Source: Tubiluchus corallicola (lineage: Eukaryota; Animalia; Priapulida). From it: 64,000 nt of DNA. The notes below the pieces were generated by a model. That model was not told the DNA's origin. It saw only the letters and a list, made by a program, of their open reading frames with translations, and did no database searches. The stretch spans positions 124,001-188,000 of the forward strand of contig JAQGDQ010000424.1 of NCBI GenBank assembly GCA_030141605.1. Reading direction: 5' to 3'. A program made the translations under genes and the position numbers. Numbering within the stretch: the first letter of the stretch is position 1; each line of letters opens with the position of its first letter. Shown here one piece after another: positions 26,726 to 38,174 of this stretch.

Positions 26726-29700
26726 ATTGTTGGTTTGTTTGTATTTTGGCTAATAACTTCCGTGCAGCGGAAAGATTTGTTAGATGAAATGTTTGGAAAT
26801 TAAAATGACTAAGTTTTGCTCACAGTAGAACCTTATTAAATAAATTCAACTTGACAAGAATTTTATATTGAATTACGTTTCTTTTGTCTACTGAAAATGA
26901 ATTGCACAAGTGGGTTAAAAATGGCTTCTGCTTCAGTTTTACGTGCGTTGGCTTTACGAACAGTAATTTAAAACCATTTAAGGGTCATAATTATGCTTTG
27001 ACTTTGCAAAGTAGTGTAGGTGAAATCACCTCTGCATCAGTTTCAAGCATTAACTCTGCAAGTAGTATCGTAAAGTCGTCTCTCTGCCACGTTCGTGTGC
27101 TGACTTTGCAATTTAAAATCATGGCAGTGCCAATTTTTGCATTGACTTTGACCTTTGCACTACAGTTGACAAGAATGCTCAGCAGTAACAAGTGAGAGCA
27201 ACCCGACAGTTAAACTGTGAAAAGAAAGCCAGCGGCTTGTCAGAGCCACTTTCCAACCGAATACAAATACAAGATGGCTTCATTGGATTGAACATGCGCT
27301 AAGACTACCTCAAGAATCTCTTCTTCGCTTTACGTAAAACTCTTGAAACGACATACATATAATGCAAAACGTGACGATTGTTTCGGCTACTGAAGCCATT
27401 ATTAAACTATAAATGAACCCAAAAAGAAGAATAAATAATACATTAATGATACAAAGGCACAAACTGAAACTACAAAACAACAGATTAGAATTTAACCTGC
27501 CAAAATAAAGTAGCTTGTGGTGGAAGAGAATTTCTTCCATTACAGCCTAGTTTATTTTGGTCAACACAAGTCAGTAACAATATCTAGGCCTATAGTAAAC
27601 AGCACCAATAGAGCAAGTAGTGCCACACAATTTAGTTACCACCATCATGATCATTACCGTAATTAACACAGCTGCCTTCACCATCAACACCAACAGCAAA
27701 CAATAACGTCAATAACCCCTCTCTCTCAAAACAACAAAAATAATGCAACAATTGGCTTTAAAATTAAAGTATTAACAGTTAATATCGTGCATCTAATTTC
27801 TAGAATCAGAAATTTTTCCAAGTAAACAGTGATCATACTGATAATTACCTTTTCCCACCTAAGCTTATAACAAATGTTTCCTGCAAGCCGCCATGTTCGG
27901 TGTAAGGTGCACCTGCAATTTAGCAGTTATTGCAGGCGACCACCGCAGTAAAAATTACTGTGTTATATGCTGTTAGAATGCCTATGAAAAAGAGTGCGTT
28001 TTTTAACAGCGCATGGTAAACCCCTGGAACATATTACCAGAACACGTGGTTTTGATTCTGTTGTGTTTTGTTTCTCTGGGAAGGCTATTGCTAACTTTAA
28101 AATAAAGTTAAAACACAAGAAAACACTTTACTTACATAAAGCTGAAAAAAATTTGTCTAAAATGTTTGTATCGCTGACTGTTTTTGTGCACACGGAGCTT
28201 GTGTCAGCAGCACCGCTGTTTAAAACTTGAAAAATCAACCTCTCCAGATCGTTAAGTGCAGCCATTTTGACAATAGGTCGCTCGAAACAAGTTTAGATAA
28301 CATTGCATGAAGTTTGAAAAAAGAATCAGAGTATTCGTAGCAAACACTTCACAAATTGCAAAATTACAGCGTGACATCTGAATAAGATTTTTAAAAATAC
28401 GTTTTTTTCTCCAGTCAGTGGTGCACCCTGGGAAAGGTGACATTTTACCAGTTTATGCGAACATTTTAAAATATTAAGAATTTCAATTTCTAATCACATA
28501 AGTCTTTCAAACAGGTAAGCATAATGCTAAGTGGTATAATTATGTGTGGAATGTTTTTAGGGACATACTGTAAAGTTGCCCTTTCTTCCCCCCTAAAAAC
28601 AATTCGCCGTAGAAAAGAAAATCTTTAATTGCAGCCTGTTAAGGCCAGTGTGAACATGACTTAATAAATATTAATTTTGTAGCGAAGGTGGCTCCATCTA
28701 GCTAGAAAGTTTAAAGTGTGGGCATTGACATAGTTACGTTTTTCATTTATGCTGTGAACATGTGAGTGAACATGTGTCTTGTACAAGCTAGTGAAATTTT
28801 CATTTAGATATATGCCGCAACGATGTAAGTTTACTTCTATTAATTTTTATTTTGATTTATTCATTGATTCATTATTCATTAACAATCTAGTTAAATTAGC
28901 CAATGTCAGTCACCTTTGCCTTTCTATTTTTTTAAACACTGCAGAAATAAAGATCAGTGGTTTATATGAAAATTAAACTGAGACTTTTCAAGTTATCATA
29001 AATGCCTCTCAGAGACACTAACACAACCAGTAAAAGGAGGTACTGTAGTACGTAAACACCTTCTGAGTATTGAAAACTATATTTTGAAATTTTAAAATGG
29101 AATGATTTGCTCTGAAAATGTACTTTTTACAAAGCATTTACCCTGGAGGGCTGCCACCCTCCGTCTCGTATATCTAGGGCGTCAGTGTTTGTTATGAACA
29201 CTATTGCATTAATCATGCAACCAGCCACGCCCTGTTGTCAGTTATGCATGGACGGAATCTAGGCAACCAAACGACGTCTAAGCAACTGTTTACGTCAAAC
29301 CCACAACACGTATACACATTGCGGTAAATTGATTTTCATAACATTACGTTGCTGTAGCGAAACTTCGAACACAGAGTACAGTTAGCGAGCGTTATATAAA
29401 CACATAGGTTGAATGTTGTTGAAACAGCAAGTTTGTCGATAAACGACAGCCACACGAAGTGTGAATCGAATATTCCTGTTTTACTAATAATGTGATATGA
29501 AAATTATTGAAGTTGCAAGCCAGTTTGCTGGCATTATATAAGTGAAACTGCAAGGCGAATTTCAATACAATAGTCAACAACAATAGACTCTCTACAAGGC
29601 TTTGTTGCACACAAGATAGACGTGATTGTAGTGATTGGTTCACATGGATTGTGACGTAACACTTTCACCTACCGCCATTGCTACAGTGCCAATAAATTTC

Positions 29701-29785
29701 TGATCATAAAGCGACTGTAATTTTCGACCCGCTAAACTCAATCGCGTGAAGTCACTTCCTGCTCCTGTTCCGGTAATCTTGGATC

Positions 29786-30013
29786 ATGGGGTGCGTGGCT
29801 TCTTCTTCCACTAAGGTCCGGGAAATATCTCTGGAAAAGCAACCACAACACGAAACAGACAAGACTAAGAACAAAAAGAATGTCCAGAAAAGCTCGCAGA
29901 ACGGTGTGGTGAAAATTGAGGACACGGTTATGACAAAAACCAGCAAAGAACTGGGTTCGTCGGTACAACAACAACCGTTTGGGGGCATTGGAGACCATAG
30001 CCTTGGAGTAACG
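29786..30013 (+). CDS. Duplicated calpain exon 1 (MGC acylation motif); putative exon 1 of a calpain-MITD1 chimera
   Basis: ATG in atcATGg context, 76 codons MGCVASSSTKVRE...DHSLGVT, donor ACG|gtatga in phase 0. It shares 72/76 aa with 34371-34598. Confidence 0.7.
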
Positions 30014-30294
30014 GTATGAGCAAACAAAATGCTTGACTGTCTGACAGTGTGACGGACTGATTATCTGATTGACTGACTGGTTGATATTCAGACTAGCTGA
30101 CTGACTGACTGACTCATTAACTGAGTGACTGACTTACTAACCAACCGACCGACTGAATTGCTTACTGACAGACTGACTGTCTGACTGGCTGGCTGACTGA
30201 CTGACTGACGACTGACTGTCGTTTTTTCATTTAAGCTTTTGCCCCGTCTCTGTTTATTCAATAGACCTACGTTTATAAATTTTCTTTTTTGCAG

Positions 30295-30927
30295 GAAGGT
30301 ATTCAACTCCTACTGGATGCAATGCGCAGCTCCTCGGAAGAAAAGCGTAAGAAACTTCGCACTAAAATATCCGAGTACATGGATCGTGCAGAAGTTATAA
30401 AAGCAATGGTGGAAGAAATCAAAGCAAACGGTACTTACCACGAACAAATAAAAATCGAGAACAATGCCGTCGGTTTCAGCTATGACCGTTTGTTTGGTCG
30501 ATTCCTGGACGAAAGCGTGGAGACGGTGGATATCGACGATCCGTACATTCGAGCCGTTCACCAAATATACAACTTCCTCCGTTTTTGCGAACTGCTCGTG
30601 AAAAAGTGTCCTCATTTGAAGCGCATTCAGTTGATAACCGGTCAAGACCAGTACAAACAGCACGAGAAACTGCAAGAACTAGCGCTGAGTCTGGCAGACG
30701 AGGGCGTAAAGTTGATCGTTCAGTATTCCAAAACCATTCACGATCGCGAGATTCGGTTAAACACGGGTTGGATAATCAAACTCGGGCGCGGTTTGGACAT
30801 TTACAAAGCCCCTCCCGGAAAGTTTAGCCTCGGATATTGTGACTACGAGTTGAGAAGATGTCACGAGACCACAGTTGACATATTCCATCAGAAAGGCAAG
30901 CAGAAGAGTGTGGCGTTTGTGGAATAA
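30295..30927 (+). CDS. MITD1: MITD1-like exon (partial MIT domain plus PLD-fold C-terminal domain), lacking its native first exon
   Basis: Acceptor ttttcttttttgcag, phase 0, 210 aa open to [85 protein letters not shown] closely follows MITD1. An in-frame TAG at 30262 excludes upstream extension. Confidence 0.92.
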   Translation, partial: EGIQLLLDAMRSSSEEKRKKLRTKISEYMDRAEVIKAMVEEIKANGTYHEQIKIENNAVGFSYDRLFGRFLDESVETVDIDDPYIRAVHQIYNFLRFCELLVKKCPHLKRIQLITGQDQYKQHEKLQELALSLADEGVKLIVQYSKTIHDREIRLNTGWIIKLGRGLDIYKAPPGKFSLGYCDYELRRCHETTVDIFHQKGKQKSVAFVE

Positions 30928-31188
30928 ATCGACCCAGACGACCATTGTAAATCTTCTGTTGCATGAATAATTTACATTCCGATAACACTACTCGAATGGT
31001 GTCATTCCATGTTATCCACACGTTTAAAAATTTTTAATAAGTTGCTTTACTACAGCAGCTTTACACTTATGCTTTTAATTGTTCGTTTAGTATTGATGAT
31101 GCAAAATCGTTTGAAGTCGAGTGTTCACCATAGATTTAAATTCCACCCGTGCTCAAACAATGGCCGCCATATACTAATTCAAATTCAA

Positions 31189-34100
31189 ATTGGTTATTCA
31201 ATTTTGTCCGAGTGAATGACGATCTTTGTTGATCCTCGCCGATTCTACTGCAGTATTTACATCTTATATTGGACCATAAACATTTGATTACTAAGTACCC
31301 GGTACTGACGTACCAAATGGGTCTGTGTATTTAACTATGTTATTGACAAACATTCCGTAAGTTATATTGTGAGGACTTGCAATACAATACCACAAATGTC
31401 ATTGTTAACCAAAGAGTATATATTAGTACTTGTACTGTGATTACTGTGTAAATTTAAACAAAATGAATCTATCTAGTATTGCTCTGTAGAGCCTTGTGGA
31501 GCCTCAGTTTTATTTATAAAATCTATACATTATTATTGATAATTGGTTACTGGGCGTAGTTGCAATGTTCTCATGATGTTCGAGTATATATATATATTTT
31601 ATTATTACTTTTTTGATTCGATGTTATGCTTTCCTCTGCCTATGTAATAAAATTGTTGGTTTGTTTGTATTTTGGCTAATAACTTCCGTGCAGCGGAAAG
31701 ATTTGTTAGATGAAATGTTTGGAAATTAAAATGACTAAGTTTTGCTCACAATAGAACCTTATTAAATAAATTCAACTTGACAAGAATTTTATATTGAATT
31801 ACGTTTCTTTTGTCTACTGAAAATGAATTGCACAAGTAGGCTACATGGGTTCTGCTTCAGTTTTACGTGCGTTGGCTTTACGAACAGTAATTTAAAACCG
31901 TTTGTGTGTCATAATTATGCTTTGACTTTGCAAAGTAGTGTAGGTGAAATCACCTCTGCATCAGTTTCAAGCATTGACTCTGCAAGTAGTATCGTAAAGT
32001 CGTCTCTCTGCCACTTTCGTGTGCTGACTTTGCAATTTAAAATCATGGCAGTGCCAATTTTTGCATTGACTTTCACCTTTGCACTACAGTTGATAAGCAT
32101 GCTCAGCAGTAACAAGTGAGAGCAACCCGACAGTTAAACTGTCAAAAGAAAGCCAGCGGCTTATCAGAGCCACTTCCCAACCGAATACAAATACAAGATG
32201 GCTTCTTTGGATTAGACAAGCGCTAAGACTACCTCAAGAGTCTCCTCTTCGTATAGCTTTACGTAAAACTCTCGAAACGACAAAAACACCAAGACGGGGT
32301 CAGCTAATGACGTACATACATATAATGCAAAAACTGACGATCGTTTCGGCTACTGAAGCCATTATTAAACTATAAATGAAGCCAAAAAGAAAAATAAATA
32401 ATACATTAATGATGCGAAGACACAAACTGAAACTACAAAACACGAATAGGAATTTAACCAGCCAAAATAAACTAGCTTGTGACGGAAGAGAATTTCTTCC
32501 ATTACAGCCTAGTTTGTTTTGGTCAACATGAGTCAATAACAATATCTAGGCCTGTAGTAAACAGCACCAATAGAGCAAGCAGTGCCACACAATTTAGTTA
32601 CCACCATCATGATCATTACCGTATTTAACACAGCTGCCTTCACCAGCAACAGCAACAGCAAACAATAACGCCAATAACCCCTCTCTCTCAAAACAAAAAT
32701 AATTCAACAATTGGTTTTAAAATTAAAGTATTAACGGTTAACATCGTGCATCTAATTTGTAGAATCAGAAATTTTTCCAAGTAAACAGTGATCATACTGG
32801 TTAATTACCTTTTCCCACCTAAGCTTATAACAAATGTTTCCTGCAAGCCGCCATGTTCGGTGTAAGGTGCACCTGCAATTTAGCAGTTATTGCAGGCGAC
32901 CACCGCAGTAAAAATTACTGTGTTATATGCTGTTAGAAAGCCTATGAAAAAGAGTGCGTTTTTTAACAGCGCATGGTAAACCCCTGGAACATATTACCGG
33001 AACACGTGGTTTTGATTCTGTTGTGTTTTGTTTCTCTGGGAAGGCTATTGCTAACTTTAAAATAAAGTTAAAACACAAGAAAACACTTTACTTACATAAA
33101 GCTGAAAAAAATTCGTCTAAAATGTTTGTATCGCTTACTGTTTTATTGCACACGGAGCTTGTGTCAGCAGCACTGCTGTTTAAAACTTGAAAAATTAACC
33201 TCTCCAGATCGTTAAGTGCAGCCATTTTGACGGTAAGTCGCTCGAAACAAGTTTAGATAACATTGCATGAAGTTTCAGAGAATCAAAAAAGAATCAGAGT
33301 ATTCGTAGCAAACACTTCACAAATTGCAAAATTATAAATTACAATGTGTCATGTGCATAAGATTTCTAAAAATACGTTTTTATGTCGAGTCAGTGGTGCA
33401 CCCTGGGAAAGGTGACATTTTACCAGTTTGTGCGAACATTTTAAAATATTAAGAATTTCAATTTCTAATCACATAAGTCTTTCAAACAGGTAAGCGTAAT
33501 GCTAAGTGATATAATTTTGTGTGGAATGTTGTTTTGGGACAGACTGTAAAGTTGCCCTTTCTTCCCTTCTAAAAACAATTTGCCTTACAAAAGAAAATCT
33601 TTAATTGCAGCCAGTAAAAAGAGGTACTGCAGTACGTAAGCACCTCCTGAGTATTGAAAACTATATTTTGAAATTTTAAAATGGAATGATTTGCTCTGAA
33701 AATGTACTTTTTACAAAGCATTTACCCTGGAGGGCTGCCACCCTCCATCTCGTATACCTAGGGCGTCAGTGTTTGTTATGAACACTATTGCATTAATCAT
33801 GTAACCAGCCACGCCCTGTTGTCAGTTATGCACGGACGGAATCTAGGCAACCAAACGACGTCTAAGCAACTGTTTATGTCAAACCCACAACACGTATACA
33901 CATTGCGGTAAATTGATTTTCATAACATTACGTTGCTGTAGCGAAACTTCGAACACAGAGTACAGTTAGCGAGCGTTATTTAAACACATAGGTGAATGTT
34001 GTTGAAACAGCAAGTTTGTCGATAAACGACAGCCACACGAAGTGTGAATCGAATATTCCTGTTTTACTAATAATGTGATATGAAAATTAATGAAGTTGCA

Positions 34101-34807
34101 AGCCAGTTTGCTGGCATTATATAAGTGAAACTGCAAGGCGAATTTCAATACAATAATCAACAACAATAGAATCTCTCTCTGCAAGGCTACAAGATAGACG
34201 TGATTGTAGTGATTGGTACTTATGGATTGTGACGTAACACTTTCACCTACCGCCATTGCTACAGCGCCAATTAGCAATAAATTTCTGATCATAAAGCGAC
34301 TGTAATTTTCGACCCGCTAAACTCAATCGCGTGAAGTCACTTCCTGCTCCTGTTCCGGTAATCTTGGATCATGGGATGCGTGGCTTCTTCTTCCACTAAC
34401 GTCAGGGAAATATCTCTGGAAAAACAACCACAACACGAAACAGACAAGAATAAGAACAAAAATAATGTCCAGAAAAGTTCGCAGAATGGTGTGGTGAAAA
34501 TTGAGGACACGGTTATGGTAAAAACCAGCAAAGAACTGGGTTCGTCGGTACAACAGCAACCGTTTGGGGGTATTGGAGACCATAGCCTTGGAGTAACGGT
34601 ATGAGCAAACAAAATGCTTGACTGTCTGACAGTGTGACGGACCGATTATCTGATTGACTGACTGGTTGATATTCAGACTAGCTGACTGACTGACTGACTC
34701 ATTAACTGAGTGACTGACTTACTAACCAACCGACCGACTGAATTGCTTACTGACAGACTGACTGTCTGACTGGCTGGCTGACTGACTGACTGACTGACGA
34801 CTGACTG
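31189..34807 (+). repeat. Tandem segmental duplication, copy 2 (continues into the intact calpain gene)
   Basis: Direct repeat of 26261-30218. The ORF track shows paired near-identical ORFs (26884/31823, 27994/32954, 29786/34371). Confidence 0.95.
34371..34598 (+). CDS. Calpain exon 1 (N-myristoylation/palmitoylation motif MGCVAS)
   Basis: ATG, 76 codons, donor ACG|gtatga in phase 0 matching exon 2. MGxxxS consensus with Cys3. Confidence 0.8.
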
Positions 34808-36623
34808 ACTGACTGACTAATTGGCTGGCTGGCTGGCTCACTGACTGATTTGATTTGATTTAAATCTTTAGTGCAAACTCTAGGTTCATATATACAAAAA
34901 TACATTCAGGACAAAAAATAACATACAACAGTTATAAATATTTACAATTATAATGACTTAGTTAATTGACTATTGTTAATTGACTTGTTAATTAGTTAAC
35001 TGACTGACTGACTGACAGACTGACTGAATGAATGAATGTATGAGCGAATGAATGAATGAATGGCTAACTGAGTTGTTAAGACTTGCCACCTTCTGAACTC
35101 TTGTAAACAGGTGATAAACAGCTACCTCCATTAGTGATGAACAGCAAATTAGAAAGAAAATTTTAGCTCTACAATAAAAACTCTGCAAAAGGAACTTTAA
35201 TACTGATTGTCGATTACTAGATTAAATGAAATAAGTTTACTTAAAAAAAACTCTACAGTATTAGGGAATCACAGCATAAATTTGACTGTTCATGTAAATA
35301 CTAAAATAACCACAACAATTAAAGAGAAATCGAAGCGATTTTTTTGCCTTAAAAAGCATGAATTATTTAAATGCTTAACAAACGTGTCAGTAGTTTCTCG
35401 AGCACCTATGATTTACAGGCTAATAAATTCGTTTAGACCAACTATGTATATTGTGGCCAGGGGCGTAACTAGGGTAACTAGCCTAGGGCGCCAAAGTTTG
35501 AGGGGCGTCACATTTTAGAAAAAAGTCTTATTTCTCTTCAGAAAATGTATATATATATTTTCATATTCATGTAAAGGACACTTTTTTATAACACACCACA
35601 GGCAGTTACTGAGCTCAACTTTTATATAAGAACCACATAACGATTAAGTGAAAGGTAGTACACAACAAACAGTTGCATAGCCTGCTTAAATATAAGCGCT
35701 ATGCAAATATACGTAACCACCACAAGTGGTTGCTTATTGTACTCATTACATAAACAAACATAAATTCACAATAGAGATGGGATTATCTGCCTAGGGTGAT
35801 ACGCCCTTGGCATGTTTTTGTTGTGACCGGGTTTATGTGTAAAAGTGAACTCTATCTGAAATGTTGACATCTTTTCAAAAATGACTTTCTATTCTGCTTT
35901 GAATTCTATTGTTTCACAATGGCTCCTTAACGATGTCACGCCATAATTATAACGCCTGGTACACCACAATCCCACTCCTGCAATTCTGTAGATCGATTAT
36001 CGCAGATCAATGTTGTACCTTAGCGACAAAATTTGCCCTTTTTCCACAGACCTACAAATGTTCATATGCGAAGAACCGACAGCTTAAACAGAATAAGAAA
36101 TCGTTTGCGTGAGACTCGGTCAGTTAGGCAAAACTAGGCCTACAACGTGCAGATGAATGATGAAACAAGCAGAGACAGACATGCAGCCAACCATCCAGCC
36201 AGTCAGCGAGATAGAAAGACAGGTCGATAAATACACAGACAGGCAGATAGATTTAATCTGATTTAGTATTTTACTTCAAACTTCACAAAGTTCATATACA
36301 TATCACAAATTAATACAAATAACGCAATAAATCATGACACATAATAATAACACAAATAACAATTAACGATATTACAAACTACGCCAATGACGTCTAATTA
36401 CAAAAGTAAAGTTTATACCACTGTTTAAAATGTTCTTGCATATAAACTGTATGCACATTTTCTGTGAATCACATCAAAATAAATAATATTATATATAATA
36501 TAAATAAAAGACAGACAGACAGTCACACAGGCACAAAGACAGACAAACAGGCAGAAAGACAGACAAAAACAAATCTTCTTGTAATCCTTTTCCTCGACTA
36601 AATTATCCTATTCATGTTTTCAG

Positions 36624-36767
36624 AAAGACAAAAATCGCCTCATTAAAGAAATTGGGAAACTGGGATATGGGGAGGTGTGGAACGACGCAGACTTTGCAGC
36701 TGATGATCGCGCCCTCTATTACAGTAGCACGTCTGTTCCGGAGAATGTAAAATGGTTACGACCAAAG
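36624..36767 (+). CDS. Calpain exon 2 (start of CysPc domain)
   Basis: Acceptor gttttcag, donor gttagt. KDKNRLIKEIGKLGYGEVWNDADFAADDRALYYSSTSVPENVKWLRPK contains the calpain D-x-x-F...LY...W-x-RP pattern. Confidence 0.9.
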
Positions 36768-37195
36768 GTTAGTATTACAGTAGGCGCAGCTTAATAGACT
36801 CACGGTTAATAGACTCAATCGCTTAATTGACCCAAAAACGCCTATTAAGGGCCGCTTCTATTCGAATGTATATAAAAACTGTCGGTAATTGACTCAAATA
36901 ACTCCGTATAACTGACTCGATATTTTTGTTTCACATGCTTCAATAAGACACTTTCGTGTGACCAACAAGCTTTTATGACTTTTATATCATCTTAGGTCGC
37001 TTTTGTCCTATAATATACATAGAAACAATCATGTTAAGTACCGTTTTGTCTGTAAGCAGGAACGTTTATCATACGCTAATTATGATAGCCTAATGGTTTG
37101 CTTTGACCTGTCCGTCCACTGCAATTAACCTCGTTACCCAAGAATTCCTGGAAGCGGGACAGACAGAGAGAGAGAGAAGAAGAGAGAGAGAGACG

Positions 37196-37240
<45 letters not shown>

Positions 37241-37343
37241 TGGGGAGTGAGCAAAGTAAGAAAAAGAAGGAAAGAAGGGGAAAATAACAAATAGATAAAA
37301 GGATTAAGGAGAGGCAAAGTGGAGAGAAATAGGAGACACGTAC

Positions 37344-37511
37344 TTGCATCGTTCCATTCTCTAGACTTCAGTTGAAGTGTGCTAGTCTTTATTTCAGCGA
37401 AGGCATAGTAAATGTGTGTACACAGTGATGGATCAATATTAGACGGTTGAAATTTTCCAATGCCTGGTCTATACTGTGACCAGTTTGTAAAATAACACCC
37501 TACAATCTTAC
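37344..37511 (-). pseudogene. Isolated inverted copy of chitinase exon 2 with flanking intron (fragment about 37190-37778) inside calpain intron 2
   Basis: Reverse complement of about 56747-57330. Same peptide [20 protein letters not shown]...EWNDA with both splice sites intact. No other minus-strand chitinase exons were seen. Confidence 0.85.
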
Positions 37512-38042
37512 CTGAAAAAAACAAAAATTATATCAATCTCATCAAGTGGCCAGTATCTTGGTAAACGTATATACTAATAATGCCTGCAAACCAAAACCGT
37601 CCATAAGTCGGAATAGTCAAAACTGTGTCATGATGCTTCAAGGTAGAAAGTACCAAAAAAAATTTCAAATGTCATTTTTCGTTTTTAATAAAAAGCAACA
37701 CTAAATATATTGGACTTTTATATTCTAGCATCAAATTATCAGAAAGTGTTCAAAAATATTAGAAATTAAATTTTATAAATTTTATAAGTGTTTTATTGAA
37801 TAACAAAACATGTTAAATTACTGACCACAATTGACCAGGTGTGTATAAATAAATCAAATCAACTAGGCAAAAAAAGAAACCCCTGTTATTCCACTTATAT
37901 TCTTCTTAATCTTGTACACGTTACGTGAAGAATAGTAGTTACTGATCTCACATTAAGCATAAGTAACAAGGATGATATTAGTGGACAGATCTATGTGTTG
38001 CAATCCCAATGCATGTAACTGAAATTACATTGATTACTTTAG

Positions 38043-38174
38043 GATATCAGCAGTAAACCGGTCCTAATGGCTGGAGGTGCCACAAAAGACGACATTCAGC
38101 AAGGAAATCTGGGTGACTGCTGGTTTCTCTCCTCCTGTGCAGCTATTGCTAGAGAACCATCCCTCATGTCAAAG
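38043..38174 (+). CDS. Calpain exon 3 (catalytic Cys)
   Basis: DISSKPVLMAGGATKDDIQQGNLGDCWFLSSCAAIAREPSLMSK with the QGxLGDCW active-site motif. Donor AAG|gtcagt. Confidence 0.95.

Larger units (their letters stand above)
26261..30218 (+). repeat. Tandem segmental duplication, copy 1 (MADD 3' region, intergenic DNA, calpain promoter, exon 1, start of intron 1)
   Basis: Colinear with 31189-34807, starting at attggttattcaattttgtccgagtg and ending in the (GACT)n tract. Copy 1 has ~390 bp (about 28637-29026) that copy 2 lacks. Confidence 0.95.

Noticed and set aside
26884-28230. Paired ORFs of 66-103 aa conserved in both duplicate copies
   Set aside because: The similarity just reflects the recent duplication. 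They have no recognisable domain, mostly non-ATG starts, and differing starts between copies.
37090-37524. A complete second chitinase gene on the minus strand
   Set aside because: Only exon 2 with short flanks is present. No signal-peptide or catalytic exon was found on the minus strand in this window.
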